This document shows positions 46,922 to 57,038 of a DNA stretch of 64,000 bases, one piece after another. A program made the translations under genes and the position numbers. The stretch is from assembly GCA_965306065.1 (NCBI GenBank), contig CBDLTN010000001.1, forward strand, positions 1,955-65,954. Direction: 5' to 3'. The notes under the pieces were generated by a model. It was not told where the DNA came from, did not search any database, and was given only the letters and a program-made list of their open reading frames with translations. The stretch is from an uncultured Sulfurospirillum sp. GTDB lineage: Bacteria; Campylobacterota; Campylobacteria; Campylobacterales; Sulfurospirillaceae. Numbering within the stretch: position 1 is the first letter of the stretch; every line of letters begins with the position of its first letter.

Positions 46922-48565
46922 ATGGATATGGATATAATTTCTAAAATTTCAATAAAAGTTAAGATTACTATTTTAATAATTTTTTTCAGTTGCTCATTTA
47001 TAGTTTTTGGGCTTTACTCACATGGAGAAATTTCTAATTTGCTAGATACTGCAGAAACAAGAAAACAAAGATTTGAGCAAATCTTGATAACAAAAAACAT
47101 CAATCACATCAATACTAATATTGCGTTGGTTGCAATGGATAGTATCATAGATAAAAATAGCGGTGAAATTTCTAAAGAGAGACTTGACGAGCTTGATTCT
47201 CTATTTAGTAAGTTTCATTCTTTAAAAAAAGGCTTTTTAGATGCAGCTGACACTCCTATAGAAAAAGAAAATTCTATTGCTGTTGTTATTGCTTTAGAAA
47301 ATCTTGAACCAATTATAAAAAACAAATTAAAACACCTTATAGAATCTGGTGCAAATGAAAAAACTTTTGAAGCATTAGATGATGAGATTGATAGTATAGC
47401 AGGAGATACAGACAGTCAAATTAAAAAGATAGTAGACTCTATTCAAGAAGAGGTAGATGAAGCGACACAAGATATGACTGTTAAGTCAAATTTATTAGTT
47501 AAAAGTCTTGTATTTGCCATAACTATAGCACTTATTTTGACTATCATTTTAGCAATACTGTTTTATATAAACATTATATCTTCTTTAAAAAATATTTTAA
47601 ATATTGCAGAAGATTTAGCTCAAGGTAATGGTGATTTAACTAAAAGAATAGTAACAAAAAACGATGATGAGACAAAAATGATTGCTCATCATATGAATAC
47701 TTTTATAGAAAAAGTACAACATAGCATTCAAGATGTAAAAACAGCAAGTACAGAAAATGCTTCTATTTCACATGAACTTTCAACAACAACTTTAGAAGTT
47801 GGTAAAAGAGTTGAACACTCTACTGAAATCATCACCGATACTACACAAACGTCACAAGGAATCAAAAAAGAGTTAGAAATCTCTGTAAAAGAGGCGAAAG
47901 AATCTAAAAAAGAAGTTGTAAAAGTAAACTTAGAACTTCGTGAAGCAAGTAAAGAAATACAAAAACTTACAAAACAAATCGAATCAGGTGCTGCAACTGA
48001 AGTTGAACTTGCACAAAGAATCAAACAATTAAGTGCAGATGCAGAACAAGTTAAAGATGTACTTACAGTTATATCTGACATAGCAGACCAAACAAATCTT
48101 CTTGCACTCAATGCTGCAATTGAAGCAGCAAGAGCAGGCGAACATGGTCGTGGCTTTGCAGTCGTTGCAGATGAAGTAAGAAAACTTGCAGAACGTACTC
48201 AAAAATCACTAGTTGAAATCAACTCAACTATAAGCGTTATAGTTCAATCAATAAATGATTCAAGTGATCAGATGGATTCAAATTCAAACAATATACAAGA
48301 GTTAACAAGTATTTCTCAAGGTGTTGAAGAAAAAATCAATCTAACTGTTGATGTTATGCAAATAGCTACAGATATGAGTGATAAAACTGTTGAAAATTAC
48401 ATTTTAACAGGTAAAAAAATTGATGACATTGTTCAAAAAATAGAAACAGTAAACAAAATATCAACTGAGAATACAAGAAGCATAGAGGAGATTGCTGGAG
48501 CGAGTGAGCATCTAAACTCACAAACTGAAAAACTAAACAGTGATTTAGACATGTTTAAAACATAA
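46922..48565 (+). CDS. Methyl-accepting chemotaxis protein (paralogue 1)
   Basis: It has two TM helices, HAMP, and the highly conserved signalling hairpin [38 protein letters not shown]. Confidence 0.9.
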   Translation: MDMDIISKISIKVKITILIIFFSCSFIVFGLYSHGEISNLLDTAETRKQRFEQILITKNINHINTNIALVAMDSIIDKNSGEISKERLDELDSLFSKFHSLKKGFLDAADTPIEKENSIAVVIALENLEPIIKNKLKHLIESGANEKTFEALDDEIDSIAGDTDSQIKKIVDSIQEEVDEATQDMTVKSNLLVKSLVFAITIALILTIILAILFYINIISSLKNILNIAEDLAQGNGDLTKRIVTKNDDETKMIAHHMNTFIEKVQHSIQDVKTASTENASISHELSTTTLEVGKRVEHSTEIITDTTQTSQGIKKELEISVKEAKESKKEVVKVNLELREASKEIQKLTKQIESGAATEVELAQRIKQLSADAEQVKDVLTVISDIADQTNLLALNAAIEAARAGEHGRGFAVVADEVRKLAERTQKSLVEINSTISVIVQSINDSSDQMDSNSNNIQELTSISQGVEEKINLTVDVMQIATDMSDKTVENYILTGKKIDDIVQKIETVNKISTENTRSIEEIAGASEHLNSQTEKLNSDLDMFKT

Positions 48566-48583
48566 GAGAGCGAAAAGCTCTCT
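48565..48583 (+). terminator. Hairpin AGAGAGC-gaaaa-GCTCTCT after MCP paralogue 1
   Basis: A 7-bp stem immediately after the stop, followed by a T-rich flank. Confidence 0.55.
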
Positions 48584-48713
48584 TATAATTACAGTAAAAA
48601 TTATTTTAATTCAATCGATTTTAAATATATATAACTTACTTTGATATATTAATTTTACTTTTTAATTTTTTTTGATAAGATAAACTAATATAAAATAAAA
48701 GGACAAGTGTATT

Positions 48714-50351
48714 ATGAATCCATTATCTCGATTAAGCATAAAGGCAAAACTTTTTGTACTAATTTCAATCGCTACCATCTCCACAATTTTTCTTGGTCAT
48801 TTTTCTTATACTCATTTAGAAGAAGTTCTAAAAAATGGAAATGATAGAAAAAACAATTTTGAAAGAATACTACTTGTTAGGGATATGCAGTTACTTCAAA
48901 CACAAATGGCTCTTTTAACTATGGAGATAATAGAAAACAGAGTTGATGGAGAAGTTTCTGATGAAAATAACAAACATTTAAATGAGCTCTTTAAAAGATA
49001 TGAAGAGATAAAAGAGCCTTTTTTAAACACTGCTATTACAGATGAAGAGATTAAAAATACAAAATATGTAATTGATGAGATAGAGATTATTAAACCTTTA
49101 CTAAAAAACAAATTACCATCTTTAATAAACAATCTAGCACCTCTTGAATATATTGATGCTCTTGATAAAACAATTGATAAAAATTTAGCAAAGACAGATA
49201 TAAAAATAAACCTATTAATAGAAGCAATATTAAAAGAGGTAAAGGTATCTACACAAGTCATGGAAGAAGTAGAATCAACCGTTCTTAAAGATTTAATACT
49301 TACAGTAGTTATTACTTTATTGATTCTTTTTATAATTGCATTTGTCTCTTTTAAAAGCATTAGTTATTCTATACAAAACATTACTATAGTCGCTAGTGAT
49401 TTAGCAGATGGTGAAGGAGATTTAACTAAAAGAATTACAACTAATACCAATGATGAACTTAAAAAAGTGGCTCAATACATAAATACATTTATTGAAAAAG
49501 TACAAAATAGTATAAATGTAGTAAAAACAGCAACTAACGAAAATGCCTCAATCTCTCACGAACTCTCAACAACATCACAAGAGGTAGGAACTAGAGTTGA
49601 AGAGTCTGTTGAGATTATAAATCATTCAACACAAATGACACAAGAGATAAACAATGAGATAGAGACTTCTATAGAAAAAGCAAAACACTCTAAAGATGAA
49701 ACTCTAAGAGCAAATAAAGAACTTACAAGTGCACGCATCGACATACAGAATTTGACATCACAAGTACAATCCAATGCAGCAACAGGCATAGAGTTAGCTG
49801 ACAAGATACAACAACTTAGTAGTGATGCAGAACAAGTAAAAGAAGTACTTACTGTTATATCTGATATAGCAGACCAAACAAATCTTCTTGCACTCAATGC
49901 GGCAATTGAAGCAGCGCGTGCAGGTGAACATGGACGTGGTTTTGCAGTTGTTGCTGATGAAGTTCGTCAACTAGCAGAACGTACACAAAAATCTCTAACA
50001 GAAATTAACTCTACTATTAACGTTATAGTTCAATCAATCTCTGATTCAAGTGAACAGATGAATAATAACTCTCAAGACATTCAAAAACTAACTGACATAT
50101 CACAAGATGTTCAAAACAAAATAGATACTACTGCTACTATTATGGATGAAGCTACAAAGATGAATGATGAAACAGTAAAAGATTATATAATTACAGGTAA
50201 AAAAGTAGAAGATATTGTTCATAAAATAGAGGAAATTCTTACAATCTCAACTGAAAATGCAAGAAGCATAGAAGAGATTGCAGGGGCAAGTGAACATCTA
50301 AATGAACAAACAACCAAACTCAACACCAACCTAGAAAAGTTCAAATCTTAG
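48714..50351 (+). CDS. Methyl-accepting chemotaxis protein (paralogue 2)
   Basis: Same architecture as paralogue 1. The C-terminal half is near-identical, and the periplasmic domain is diverged. Confidence 0.9.
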   Translation: MNPLSRLSIKAKLFVLISIATISTIFLGHFSYTHLEEVLKNGNDRKNNFERILLVRDMQLLQTQMALLTMEIIENRVDGEVSDENNKHLNELFKRYEEIKEPFLNTAITDEEIKNTKYVIDEIEIIKPLLKNKLPSLINNLAPLEYIDALDKTIDKNLAKTDIKINLLIEAILKEVKVSTQVMEEVESTVLKDLILTVVITLLILFIIAFVSFKSISYSIQNITIVASDLADGEGDLTKRITTNTNDELKKVAQYINTFIEKVQNSINVVKTATNENASISHELSTTSQEVGTRVEESVEIINHSTQMTQEINNEIETSIEKAKHSKDETLRANKELTSARIDIQNLTSQVQSNAATGIELADKIQQLSSDAEQVKEVLTVISDIADQTNLLALNAAIEAARAGEHGRGFAVVADEVRQLAERTQKSLTEINSTINVIVQSISDSSEQMNNNSQDIQKLTDISQDVQNKIDTTATIMDEATKMNDETVKDYIITGKKVEDIVHKIEEILTISTENARSIEEIAGASEHLNEQTTKLNTNLEKFKS

Positions 50352-50354
50352 TAT

Positions 50355-50377
50355 AAAAGCCTCTTTATGAGGCTTTT
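50355..50377. terminator. Bidirectional terminator AAAAGCCTC-tttat-GAGGCTTTT
   Basis: It lies between the convergent MCP gene and the carboxynorspermidine dehydrogenase gene, with A/T runs on both sides. Confidence 0.8.
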
Positions 50378-50378
50378 A

Positions 50379-51593
50379 CTAACTTACTTCATAACTCTCA
50401 TCAGGTTGCATCTCAATAATCTTCCAAGGAAGTCCTTGGGTATTTAACTCATCCATAAAAGGTTTCGCATCAAAGTTTTCCATATTAAAAACTCCTTCAC
50501 CTTTCCATTTGCCTTCAAGTAACATTTTTGCACCTATCATCGCTGGAACGCCTGTTGTATAACTTACCGCCTGCGCTCCTGTTTCTTTATAACACTCCTG
50601 ATGATCACATGTATTGTAAATATATACTTTTTTTGCTTTACCATCTTTTATTCCTGTTATAACACAACCTATGTTAGTCTGTCCAACTGTTCTTGGTCCT
50701 AAGCTTGCTGGGTCTGGAAGGAGTTTGGCCAAAAGCTCCATTGGAACAACTTTAACGCCATTGACTTCTACCTCATCAATTCTAAGCATTCCTACATTTT
50801 CCAAACACTTCATATGAGTTAAATAGCTCTGCCCAAACGTCATAAAGAACCTAATACGTTTAAGCCCTTTTATATTTTGAACAAGACTCTCCATCTCTTC
50901 ATGATAAAGAAGATAACTATCCTTAACACCAATCTCAGGATAATCCCACTTCATCATGATCTCCATCGGTTTAGTCTCATACCACATACCTTCTTGCCAA
51001 TAACGTCCGTTTGAACTTACTTCTCTTAGGTTGATTTCAGGGTTAAAGTTTGTAGCAAATGGATAACCATGGTCACCTGCATTACAATCTAATATATCTA
51101 TATAATTTATCTCATCAAAAAGATACTGGTCGGCATAAGCACAAAATACATTTGTAACCCCTGGATCAAACCCACTTCCTAAAAGTGCCATAATACCTGC
51201 TTTTTTAAAATCTTCATCTTTTGCCCACTGCTCTTTGTACTCAAACTTTGCAGTATCAGGGTGTTCGTAGTTAGCAGTATCAAGATAATCTACACCTGTT
51301 TGTATACAAGCATCCATGATAGTCAAGTCTTGATAAGGAAGAGCAATATTTAAAACTAAATCTGGTTTTACTTTTTTTATAAGTTCTACAAGCTCAGGTA
51401 CATTATCTGCATCAACTTGTGCTGTTTTTATATCTACATGTAAAGACTCTTTTATCTCACTTGCTATCAAATCACACTTAGCTTTTGTTCTACTTGCTAA
51501 AGTTATCTCGCTAAAAATATCACTATTCATAGCACATTTTTTAGTAGCAACTCTACTAACACCACCTGCACCTATTATCAATACCTTACTCAT
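50379..51593 (-). CDS. Carboxynorspermidine synthase/dehydrogenase (saccharopine dehydrogenase family)
   Basis: It has an [10 protein letters not shown] Rossmann N-terminus. The 404-aa length and overall pattern fit CANSDH. Confidence 0.85.
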   Translation of the reverse strand: MSKVLIIGAGGVSRVATKKCAMNSDIFSEITLASRTKAKCDLIASEIKESLHVDIKTAQVDADNVPELVELIKKVKPDLVLNIALPYQDLTIMDACIQTGVDYLDTANYEHPDTAKFEYKEQWAKDEDFKKAGIMALLGSGFDPGVTNVFCAYADQYLFDEINYIDILDCNAGDHGYPFATNFNPEINLREVSSNGRYWQEGMWYETKPMEIMMKWDYPEIGVKDSYLLYHEEMESLVQNIKGLKRIRFFMTFGQSYLTHMKCLENVGMLRIDEVEVNGVKVVPMELLAKLLPDPASLGPRTVGQTNIGCVITGIKDGKAKKVYIYNTCDHQECYKETGAQAVSYTTGVPAMIGAKMLLEGKWKGEGVFNMENFDAKPFMDELNTQGLPWKIIEMQPDESYEVS

Positions 51594-52180
51594 ACCACTG
51601 CCTTTAATAAAATCTTTGCTAATCCCAATGCTTTTGATCTATGAGAAAGCTCTTTTTTTACATTATCATCAAGTTCACCTAAAGTTCCCTCGAAACCACA
51701 AGGAATAAACATAGGATCATACCCAAATCCTTTATCACCCTTCTTCTCATCAATAACTTCACCATACATCCAACCATGTACACAAAATTCACCCTTCTCA
51801 CACACAATTGCAATCGCAGCAGTATAGTAAGCAGGTGTTCTTTTTATACCTTTGTCTTTTAATACATCTATTAATTTATCTAAGTTTTGTGTTGAAGTTG
51901 CACCAACTCCAGCGTATCTAGCGCTGTATATTCCAGGAGTGTGCTCTAGAGCATTTACACTTATACCACTATCATCACTCATAACTATAGCAGATTTGTC
52001 ATCCAGCGCTTTATAAACTGCTCTTGCTTTGATAAGAGCATTTTCTTTAAAACTATCCCCATCTTCTATAATTTCAAAAGGAGTAGTTACCTCACTAAAA
52101 GCATAGACTTCAAAGTCTTTCATCCAAGCCTTTAACTCTTTTAATTTTCCTTGATTTGAACTTGCTAAAATAATCTTCAC
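51590..52180 (-). CDS. rdgB: dITP/XTP pyrophosphatase (RdgB/HAM1 family)
   Basis: [12 protein letters not shown]...FGYDPMF...SHR motifs. GTG start at 52180, with an AAGGA RBS embedded in a copy of the iterated palindrome. Confidence 0.9.
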   Translation of the reverse strand: MKIILASSNQGKLKELKAWMKDFEVYAFSEVTTPFEIIEDGDSFKENALIKARAVYKALDDKSAIVMSDDSGISVNALEHTPGIYSARYAGVGATSTQNLDKLIDVLKDKGIKRTPAYYTAAIAIVCEKGEFCVHGWMYGEVIDEKKGDKGFGYDPMFIPCGFEGTLGELDDNVKKELSHRSKALGLAKILLKAVV

Positions 52181-52189
52181 TTATTTTCC

Positions 52190-52200
52190 TTACATGTAAA
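52190..52200. repeat. Single intergenic copy of the iterated palindrome (TTACATGTAAA) fused to the rdgB Shine-Dalgarno
   Basis: The reverse strand reads cTTTACATGTAAGGAaaataaGTG. Confidence 0.8.
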
Positions 52201-52347
52201 GAGTTATTTTAGCTAGTTTTTGTTTAAGTTACAAAAGATTTTGACTATTTTTTTATATCAAAAGTTGCAATAACTGGTTTAGTTTTAAATGGTTTTCCTT
52301 TATATAGTGCTTATATTTTATTTACTAAATTTGGCTACAATACTTTT

Positions 52348-53004
52348 ATGAATATACTATTATTAGAAGATGATGAAATACTCAACGAGGTTATTGGTTC
52401 TTTTTTACTTAAAAAAGGTTATACAGTCTGTATGACATACGATGGTAGTGAAGCAGAAGATGCTATATATAAAAATAATTTTGATCTACTCTTACTTGAT
52501 GTAAATGTTCCTGGTTTAAATGGCTTTGAGCTTTTAAAGAACATAAGAGCAAACGATATAAATATTCCTGCAATATTTTTAACATCTCTTGATGACACTG
52601 AAGATCTTAAAAAAGGTTTTCTAAGTGGTTGTGATGATTATATTAAAAAACCTTTTGAATTTGAAGAATTAGACTTGAGAATAGAGAACATAAAAAGGCT
52701 CTACAAGATAGGAAGTTTACATGCAGAAAATATAAATGAAAATATATCATATGATTTTGATAATATGATTTTAAATGTAAAAGAAAAAAGTTATAATTTA
52801 TCAAAAAAAGAATCAAAAGTGCTAGAATATTTCTTAAAAAACAAGCACAGAATTATCTCTATTGATGAACTTGGGTTAAATGTCTGGTCATATGAAGACT
52901 GTCCAACTAACTCAACTATAAGAACTTATATAAAAAACCTGAGAAAACTTTTTGAAGAAGATGTAATTACTACTATAAAAGGAGTTGGTTATCGTTTTAA
53001 CTAA
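52348..53004 (+). CDS. OmpR/PhoB-family response regulator (CusR/CopR-like by context)
   Basis: REC plus winged helix (KGVGYRF). It lies immediately upstream of a kinase and the cus-type operon. Confidence 0.9.
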   Translation: MNILLLEDDEILNEVIGSFLLKKGYTVCMTYDGSEAEDAIYKNNFDLLLLDVNVPGLNGFELLKNIRANDINIPAIFLTSLDDTEDLKKGFLSGCDDYIKKPFEFEELDLRIENIKRLYKIGSLHAENINENISYDFDNMILNVKEKSYNLSKKESKVLEYFLKNKHRIISIDELGLNVWSYEDCPTNSTIRTYIKNLRKLFEEDVITTIKGVGYRFN

Positions 53005-54145
53005 AGAAGAAAAAAGAACTTTTTATAGCTTCTTAGCATTATATCTTGGTTCATCTTTGCTTCTTATTGCAATAATCTCATGGCTTTTTTACTCTTCTAG
53101 TTCAAAGCAACTTAAAGAGTTAACTATATCAAAAATGGAGATAACAGCTAGCGATATCTCTCATAAAATCATCCAAGCACATATGCAGGGTTTTAATTTG
53201 GACTTACAAAACTTAAAAACAGATATCAATTTTAAATATGCACTATTTGATAACAAACTCAAACCCATACACACGCAGTTCAATGCAAACTTAGATTTTT
53301 CTCAAAAAATTTTTAAAAAAAACGACTCTATGTTTTACATAGATAAAGGAACAACAGGACATCTAGCAGTCTCTTATGTAGTTATAAAAGAAAACTCTTT
53401 AAGTAACAATCTTCTTGAACTTAAAAAAAATATCATTTTTGCAACTATCATTATATATATCATCATCGCTATAATAGGTTTTTCATTAGCAAAACTTTTT
53501 ATCTATCCCATTCAAGCTCAAAGAGAAAAGTTAAATCGTTTTATAAAAGATACTACACATGAGTTAAACACTCCATTATCAGCCTTACTCTTATGCACTA
53601 GTGATGATAACTTTTTTAGTGAAACAAATAAAAAACATATAAAATTAAGTGCTAAAAAAATCTCTAATCTATATAAAGACCTTACATATCTAACACTACA
53701 AGATCATCAAAAAAATGCAACTAAAAAAATAGATATTTATAAAATTCTAAATGAAGAGTTATCTTACCACTCTCAACTTGCATCTAAAAAAAAGATAACT
53801 ATAAATCACTCTTTAGAAAAAACTCTTTATAAAATAGATAAAGAAGATTTCATAAGAATTACAAACAATTTACTCTCAAATGCAATAAAATATACAAAAA
53901 GAGATGGAGAGATAAACATAACTCTAAAAAATTCAATTCTTAGTATTCAAGATAACGGTATAGGCATAGAAAAAGACAAACTAAAAAAAATATACGAACG
54001 ATACTACAGAGCTACTCAAAGTGTAGGAGGTTTTGGCATAGGTTTAAATATCGTCTATACAATATGCAAAAGCTACAATATAAAAATATCTGTAAAATCA
54101 AAACCCGAAAAAGGAACAACTTTCGAATTAAATTTTAAAAATTAA
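52985..54145 (+). CDS. Sensor histidine kinase (CusS/CopS-like by context)
   Basis: TTG start overlapping the regulator gene. It has two TM helices, the H-box TTHELNTPLSA and the G-box GGFGIGLNI. Confidence 0.85.
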   Translation: MVIVLTKEEKRTFYSFLALYLGSSLLLIAIISWLFYSSSSKQLKELTISKMEITASDISHKIIQAHMQGFNLDLQNLKTDINFKYALFDNKLKPIHTQFNANLDFSQKIFKKNDSMFYIDKGTTGHLAVSYVVIKENSLSNNLLELKKNIIFATIIIYIIIAIIGFSLAKLFIYPIQAQREKLNRFIKDTTHELNTPLSALLLCTSDDNFFSETNKKHIKLSAKKISNLYKDLTYLTLQDHQKNATKKIDIYKILNEELSYHSQLASKKKITINHSLEKTLYKIDKEDFIRITNNLLSNAIKYTKRDGEINITLKNSILSIQDNGIGIEKDKLKKIYERYYRATQSVGGFGIGLNIVYTICKSYNIKISVKSKPEKGTTFELNFKN

Positions 54146-54155
54146 AATTATGCTT

Positions 54156-54189
54156 TTTACACGTTGTTTACACATTTAAGTAGTACACT
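54156..54189 (+). promoter_or_regulatory. Direct-repeat box 1 (TTTACACgttgTTTACACattt, 11-bp phasing) plus -10-like TACACT
   Basis: Half-sites start at 54156 and 54167. TACACT at 54184 lies 17 nt from the start of the second half-site, the same geometry as boxes 2 and 3. Confidence 0.5.
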
Positions 54190-54205
54190 TTTAAATAGAT
54201 TGTGG

Positions 54206-54238
54206 TTTACATGTAAGGATTTTATCCTTACATGTAAA
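54206..54238. repeat. 33-bp perfect palindrome built from two copies of the iterated motif (TTTACATGTAAGGAT-ttt-ATCCTTACATGTAAA)
   Basis: Read directly from the sequence. It lies between box 1 and box 2, upstream of the cus-type operon. Confidence 0.9.
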
Positions 54239-54265
54239 GACCCCTTATCTCTCAAACAAATTTTT

Positions 54266-54299
54266 TTTGCACATTCCTTACACATTAAAAGTATACAAT
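54266..54299 (+). promoter_or_regulatory. Direct-repeat box 2 (TTTGCACattcCTTACACatta) replacing the -35, plus -10 TACAAT; likely promoter of the cus-type operon
   Basis: Half-sites start at 54266 and 54277. The -10 is at 54294-54299, and the AGGAG RBS and ATG (54329) follow. Confidence 0.6.
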
Positions 54300-54328
54300 T
54301 CCTCTAAATTTATTTAGGAGAATTTACA

Positions 54329-54829
54329 ATGAGAAAACTTTCTACTTTAGTTTTGAGTTTAATAACAAGCAGTGTTCTACTTGCAGGACAAAATGACCAT
54401 ACAGGTAGTCATATGCATGATGGTAAAATGGCTAATCATGAAAAAGAAGTTACCACTATGAGTGGTATGGACCATTCAAGTCATGGAAGCAAATCAATGT
54501 CAAAAAATGCATATCACAACCAAATACATAAAAATGGATACGATATAACATTAATGTCAGAAAAACCAATGGTAAGTGGAAATAACAAAATCTCAGTTGT
54601 TCTACAAAAAGATGGTAAACCAGTTAATGGTGCTAAAGTAAGAGTAAAATTTTTCATGCCAGAGATGCCAGGTATGCCTTATATGGAGTACAAAGCAAAA
54701 GGTAAGCTAATCAAAAACACATACCACATGGAAATTAATCTAGGTATGGGTGGTACTTGGCAATATCATTTAGATTTTAAAACAAGTGATGGAAAAACAC
54801 ATAAAACAAGAGGCAGTGTAAATATATAA
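54329..54829 (+). CDS. Periplasmic Met/His-rich metal-binding protein (FixH/YtkA-like domain; CusF-like role by context)
   Basis: It has a signal peptide, an HTGSHMHDGKMANHEKEVTTMSGMDHSSHGSKSM tract and MPEMPGMPYM. It is the first gene of the efflux operon. Confidence 0.55.
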   Translation: MRKLSTLVLSLITSSVLLAGQNDHTGSHMHDGKMANHEKEVTTMSGMDHSSHGSKSMSKNAYHNQIHKNGYDITLMSEKPMVSGNNKISVVLQKDGKPVNGAKVRVKFFMPEMPGMPYMEYKAKGKLIKNTYHMEINLGMGGTWQYHLDFKTSDGKTHKTRGSVNI

Positions 54830-56028
54830 TGATTACAAAATCATTATTGATATCTTCGCTAATCATATCATCAGGCTTTTCACTTGGGCTTGATGATATA
54901 GTAAATGACGCTTTAAAAAACAGCTATGATTTACAAAAACTAAACAAAAACCTTCAAATAACAAATGAAGATATAAAACTTAGCGATAAATGGAATAATC
55001 CAACTATTTCAATTGGTGCAAATGACATTCATTTTGATACTCCATTTGCTAGAGACAAAGAAGCAATGCAATCTAATTATGTATCTATCAGTCAAGTCAT
55101 ACCAATAAATGGAAAACTAAAATATAAAAAAAACATAGCCATTCAAGATAACAACATAGCACACATGGACTTGGAAAACAAAAAACTACAACTCTCTTCT
55201 TTGATATATGAGTATGGTTATAAGATTTTAATAAACAAACAAAAATTAGCTCTTATAAATGAGTATCAAAAAAATACAAAAAAGCTACATGAGATTGGAC
55301 TAAGCCTATATGAGAGCGGGAAAGTTAATCAAATAGTTCCTCTTAAAACTGACCTTTTGAGTTCTAAATTAGAAATTCAAAAAGAAAATATCAAGTTTGA
55401 ACTAAAAAATTTAAATACCAAACTAGAACAGATTACCTATAAAGAAGTTTTAGGCTTAGATGATTCTATTGAGTTAAACGAAATTCATGCAATAAAAAGT
55501 GACATAAGCTCTCATCCGGTACTAGTATCAATTGAGTATAATAAAATAAAATTTAATAACCTTGCCCTTTTAGAAGAGTCAAAAAAATACTCCGATATAA
55601 AAGTAAACTTAGGATATTTTTCCAGAGATGATAAGTTTGAAGATTATGCCAACTTGTCTTTTTCTATGCCTCTTCCAATATATGGAAATGAAGAAGCAAA
55701 AGTTGCAAAAGCAAGATACCAAGCGTCTAAAACACAAGATGATTTAAAGATAATAAAAACGCAATTTGAAAAAAACTTCTCCACACTTAAAGAGGAGATG
55801 AAAAAATCTTTTATTAACTATCAAACTTTATCAATCAACATGATACCTCAAAGAGAATTTATACAAAAAAACATACACTCTCACTACCGCTTAGGACATA
55901 TGAAAAGTGTAGACTTGTTATCAAATATCAATGAAACTATATCCTTAGAGCTATTAGCCCTTGATGAGTTGTCCAAATATTATAGTGCTTATGCGAAAAG
56001 TAAATACTACACAGGAATAAAAAAATGA
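54829..56028 (+). CDS. cusC: TolC-family outer-membrane efflux protein
   Basis: 399 aa with two OEP-like repeats. It is translationally coupled to its neighbours. Confidence 0.75.
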   Translation: MITKSLLISSLIISSGFSLGLDDIVNDALKNSYDLQKLNKNLQITNEDIKLSDKWNNPTISIGANDIHFDTPFARDKEAMQSNYVSISQVIPINGKLKYKKNIAIQDNNIAHMDLENKKLQLSSLIYEYGYKILINKQKLALINEYQKNTKKLHEIGLSLYESGKVNQIVPLKTDLLSSKLEIQKENIKFELKNLNTKLEQITYKEVLGLDDSIELNEIHAIKSDISSHPVLVSIEYNKIKFNNLALLEESKKYSDIKVNLGYFSRDDKFEDYANLSFSMPLPIYGNEEAKVAKARYQASKTQDDLKIIKTQFEKNFSTLKEEMKKSFINYQTLSINMIPQREFIQKNIHSHYRLGHMKSVDLLSNINETISLELLALDELSKYYSAYAKSKYYTGIKK

Positions 56029-57029
56029 AATACTTTACTCTGCTCTTTTTTATGCTTATAAGTCTAAATGCGAAGATTATAGAAGTTGACCAACTCTTTA
56101 ATAAGTCTCTTATAAGTGTAAAAGAGAAAAACATAGAGATAAAAAAAAGTTTTTATGGAAAAACTGCAATAGATGAATCAAAAATTGTTGACATAACTAC
56201 TAGATTCGATGGTTTTATAGAAAGACTATACGCAAATAAATCTTTTATGTATATAGATAAAACAAAACCACTTTTTTCTGTATATTCAGATGAGATAGTC
56301 TCAGTTCAAGAAGAATTACTTCTTGCAAAAAAAATCAAAAATCAAAAATCTATTTATAAAAGTGCTTACAACAAACTAGCAAGTTTAGATTTACATGTAA
56401 AGACTCTAAATCAAATCAAATCAAGCAAAAAAGTAATACAAGATATAGCTGTTTACTCTCCAATAGATGGATATTTGATACAAAAAAACATAAATGATAA
56501 AGCCTTTATCAAAAAAGGTAATCTTATCATGAGAATTGCTGATTTTTCACAGCTTTGGTTTATAACCAAAGTATATCAACAAGACCTAGAATTTATCTCT
56601 AAAAACATGAAAGCTCTTTTACATGTAGATGGAGTTAATCTGCCTATAGAAGCAAGGGTTGATTATATATATCCCTCAGTTGATAAAAAAGAACAAACAG
56701 TTGATGTAAGAATTATTCTTGATAATAAAGATTTAAATCTTTTTCCAAATATGTTTGCAAAAGTTGAACTGTTTAAAACTCAAAGAAAAATGCTCACACT
56801 TCCTAAGAGTGCAGTTTTAACAAAAGGCGATAAACATTATGTTTTCAAACCTATTGATGAAAAAGAGTTTGAACCAATTGAGATTACTGCAAAAAGAATT
56901 AATAGCCAAGTATTTGAAATTATAGATGGTCTTAATAAAGGAGATAAGGTTATAGATAAAGTACTGTTTATGCTAGATAGTGATGCTCTTACTAATGGTC
57001 TTTACTCTTCTGATGATGAAGATTGGTAG
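56025..57029 (+). CDS. cusB: RND efflux periplasmic adaptor (membrane fusion protein)
   Basis: HlyD/CusB-like barrel-sandwich pattern, located upstream of the RND pump. Confidence 0.85.
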   Translation: MKYFTLLFFMLISLNAKIIEVDQLFNKSLISVKEKNIEIKKSFYGKTAIDESKIVDITTRFDGFIERLYANKSFMYIDKTKPLFSVYSDEIVSVQEELLLAKKIKNQKSIYKSAYNKLASLDLHVKTLNQIKSSKKVIQDIAVYSPIDGYLIQKNINDKAFIKKGNLIMRIADFSQLWFITKVYQQDLEFISKNMKALLHVDGVNLPIEARVDYIYPSVDKKEQTVDVRIILDNKDLNLFPNMFAKVELFKTQRKMLTLPKSAVLTKGDKHYVFKPIDEKEFEPIEITAKRINSQVFEIIDGLNKGDKVIDKVLFMLDSDALTNGLYSSDDEDW

Positions 57030-57038
57030 GGAGTTATA

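Noticed and set aside
47728-49897. Two similar antisense ORFs (47728-48111 and 49622-49897, both starting [10 protein letters not shown]) look like a conserved hidden gene.
   Set aside because: They lie opposite the near-identical MCP signalling-domain DNA. Their similarity is a by-product of the sense-strand duplication, and the sense frames have clear MCP homology.
52335-52350. Possible leaderless mRNA for the cus-associated response regulator: TACAAT lies 7 nt before the ATG and no Shine-Dalgarno is visible.
   Set aside because: It rests on a single -10-like hexamer in AT-rich DNA, which is too weak to call without transcription start-site data.
54206-54238. TACATGTA could be a CopY-type cop box (TACAnnTGTA) controlling the copper operon.
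   Set aside because: The cop box needs a 2-nt spacer between TACA and TGTA, and here there is none. No CopY/BlaI-type repressor gene is present. The same word also occurs about 30 times in genes unrelated to copper.
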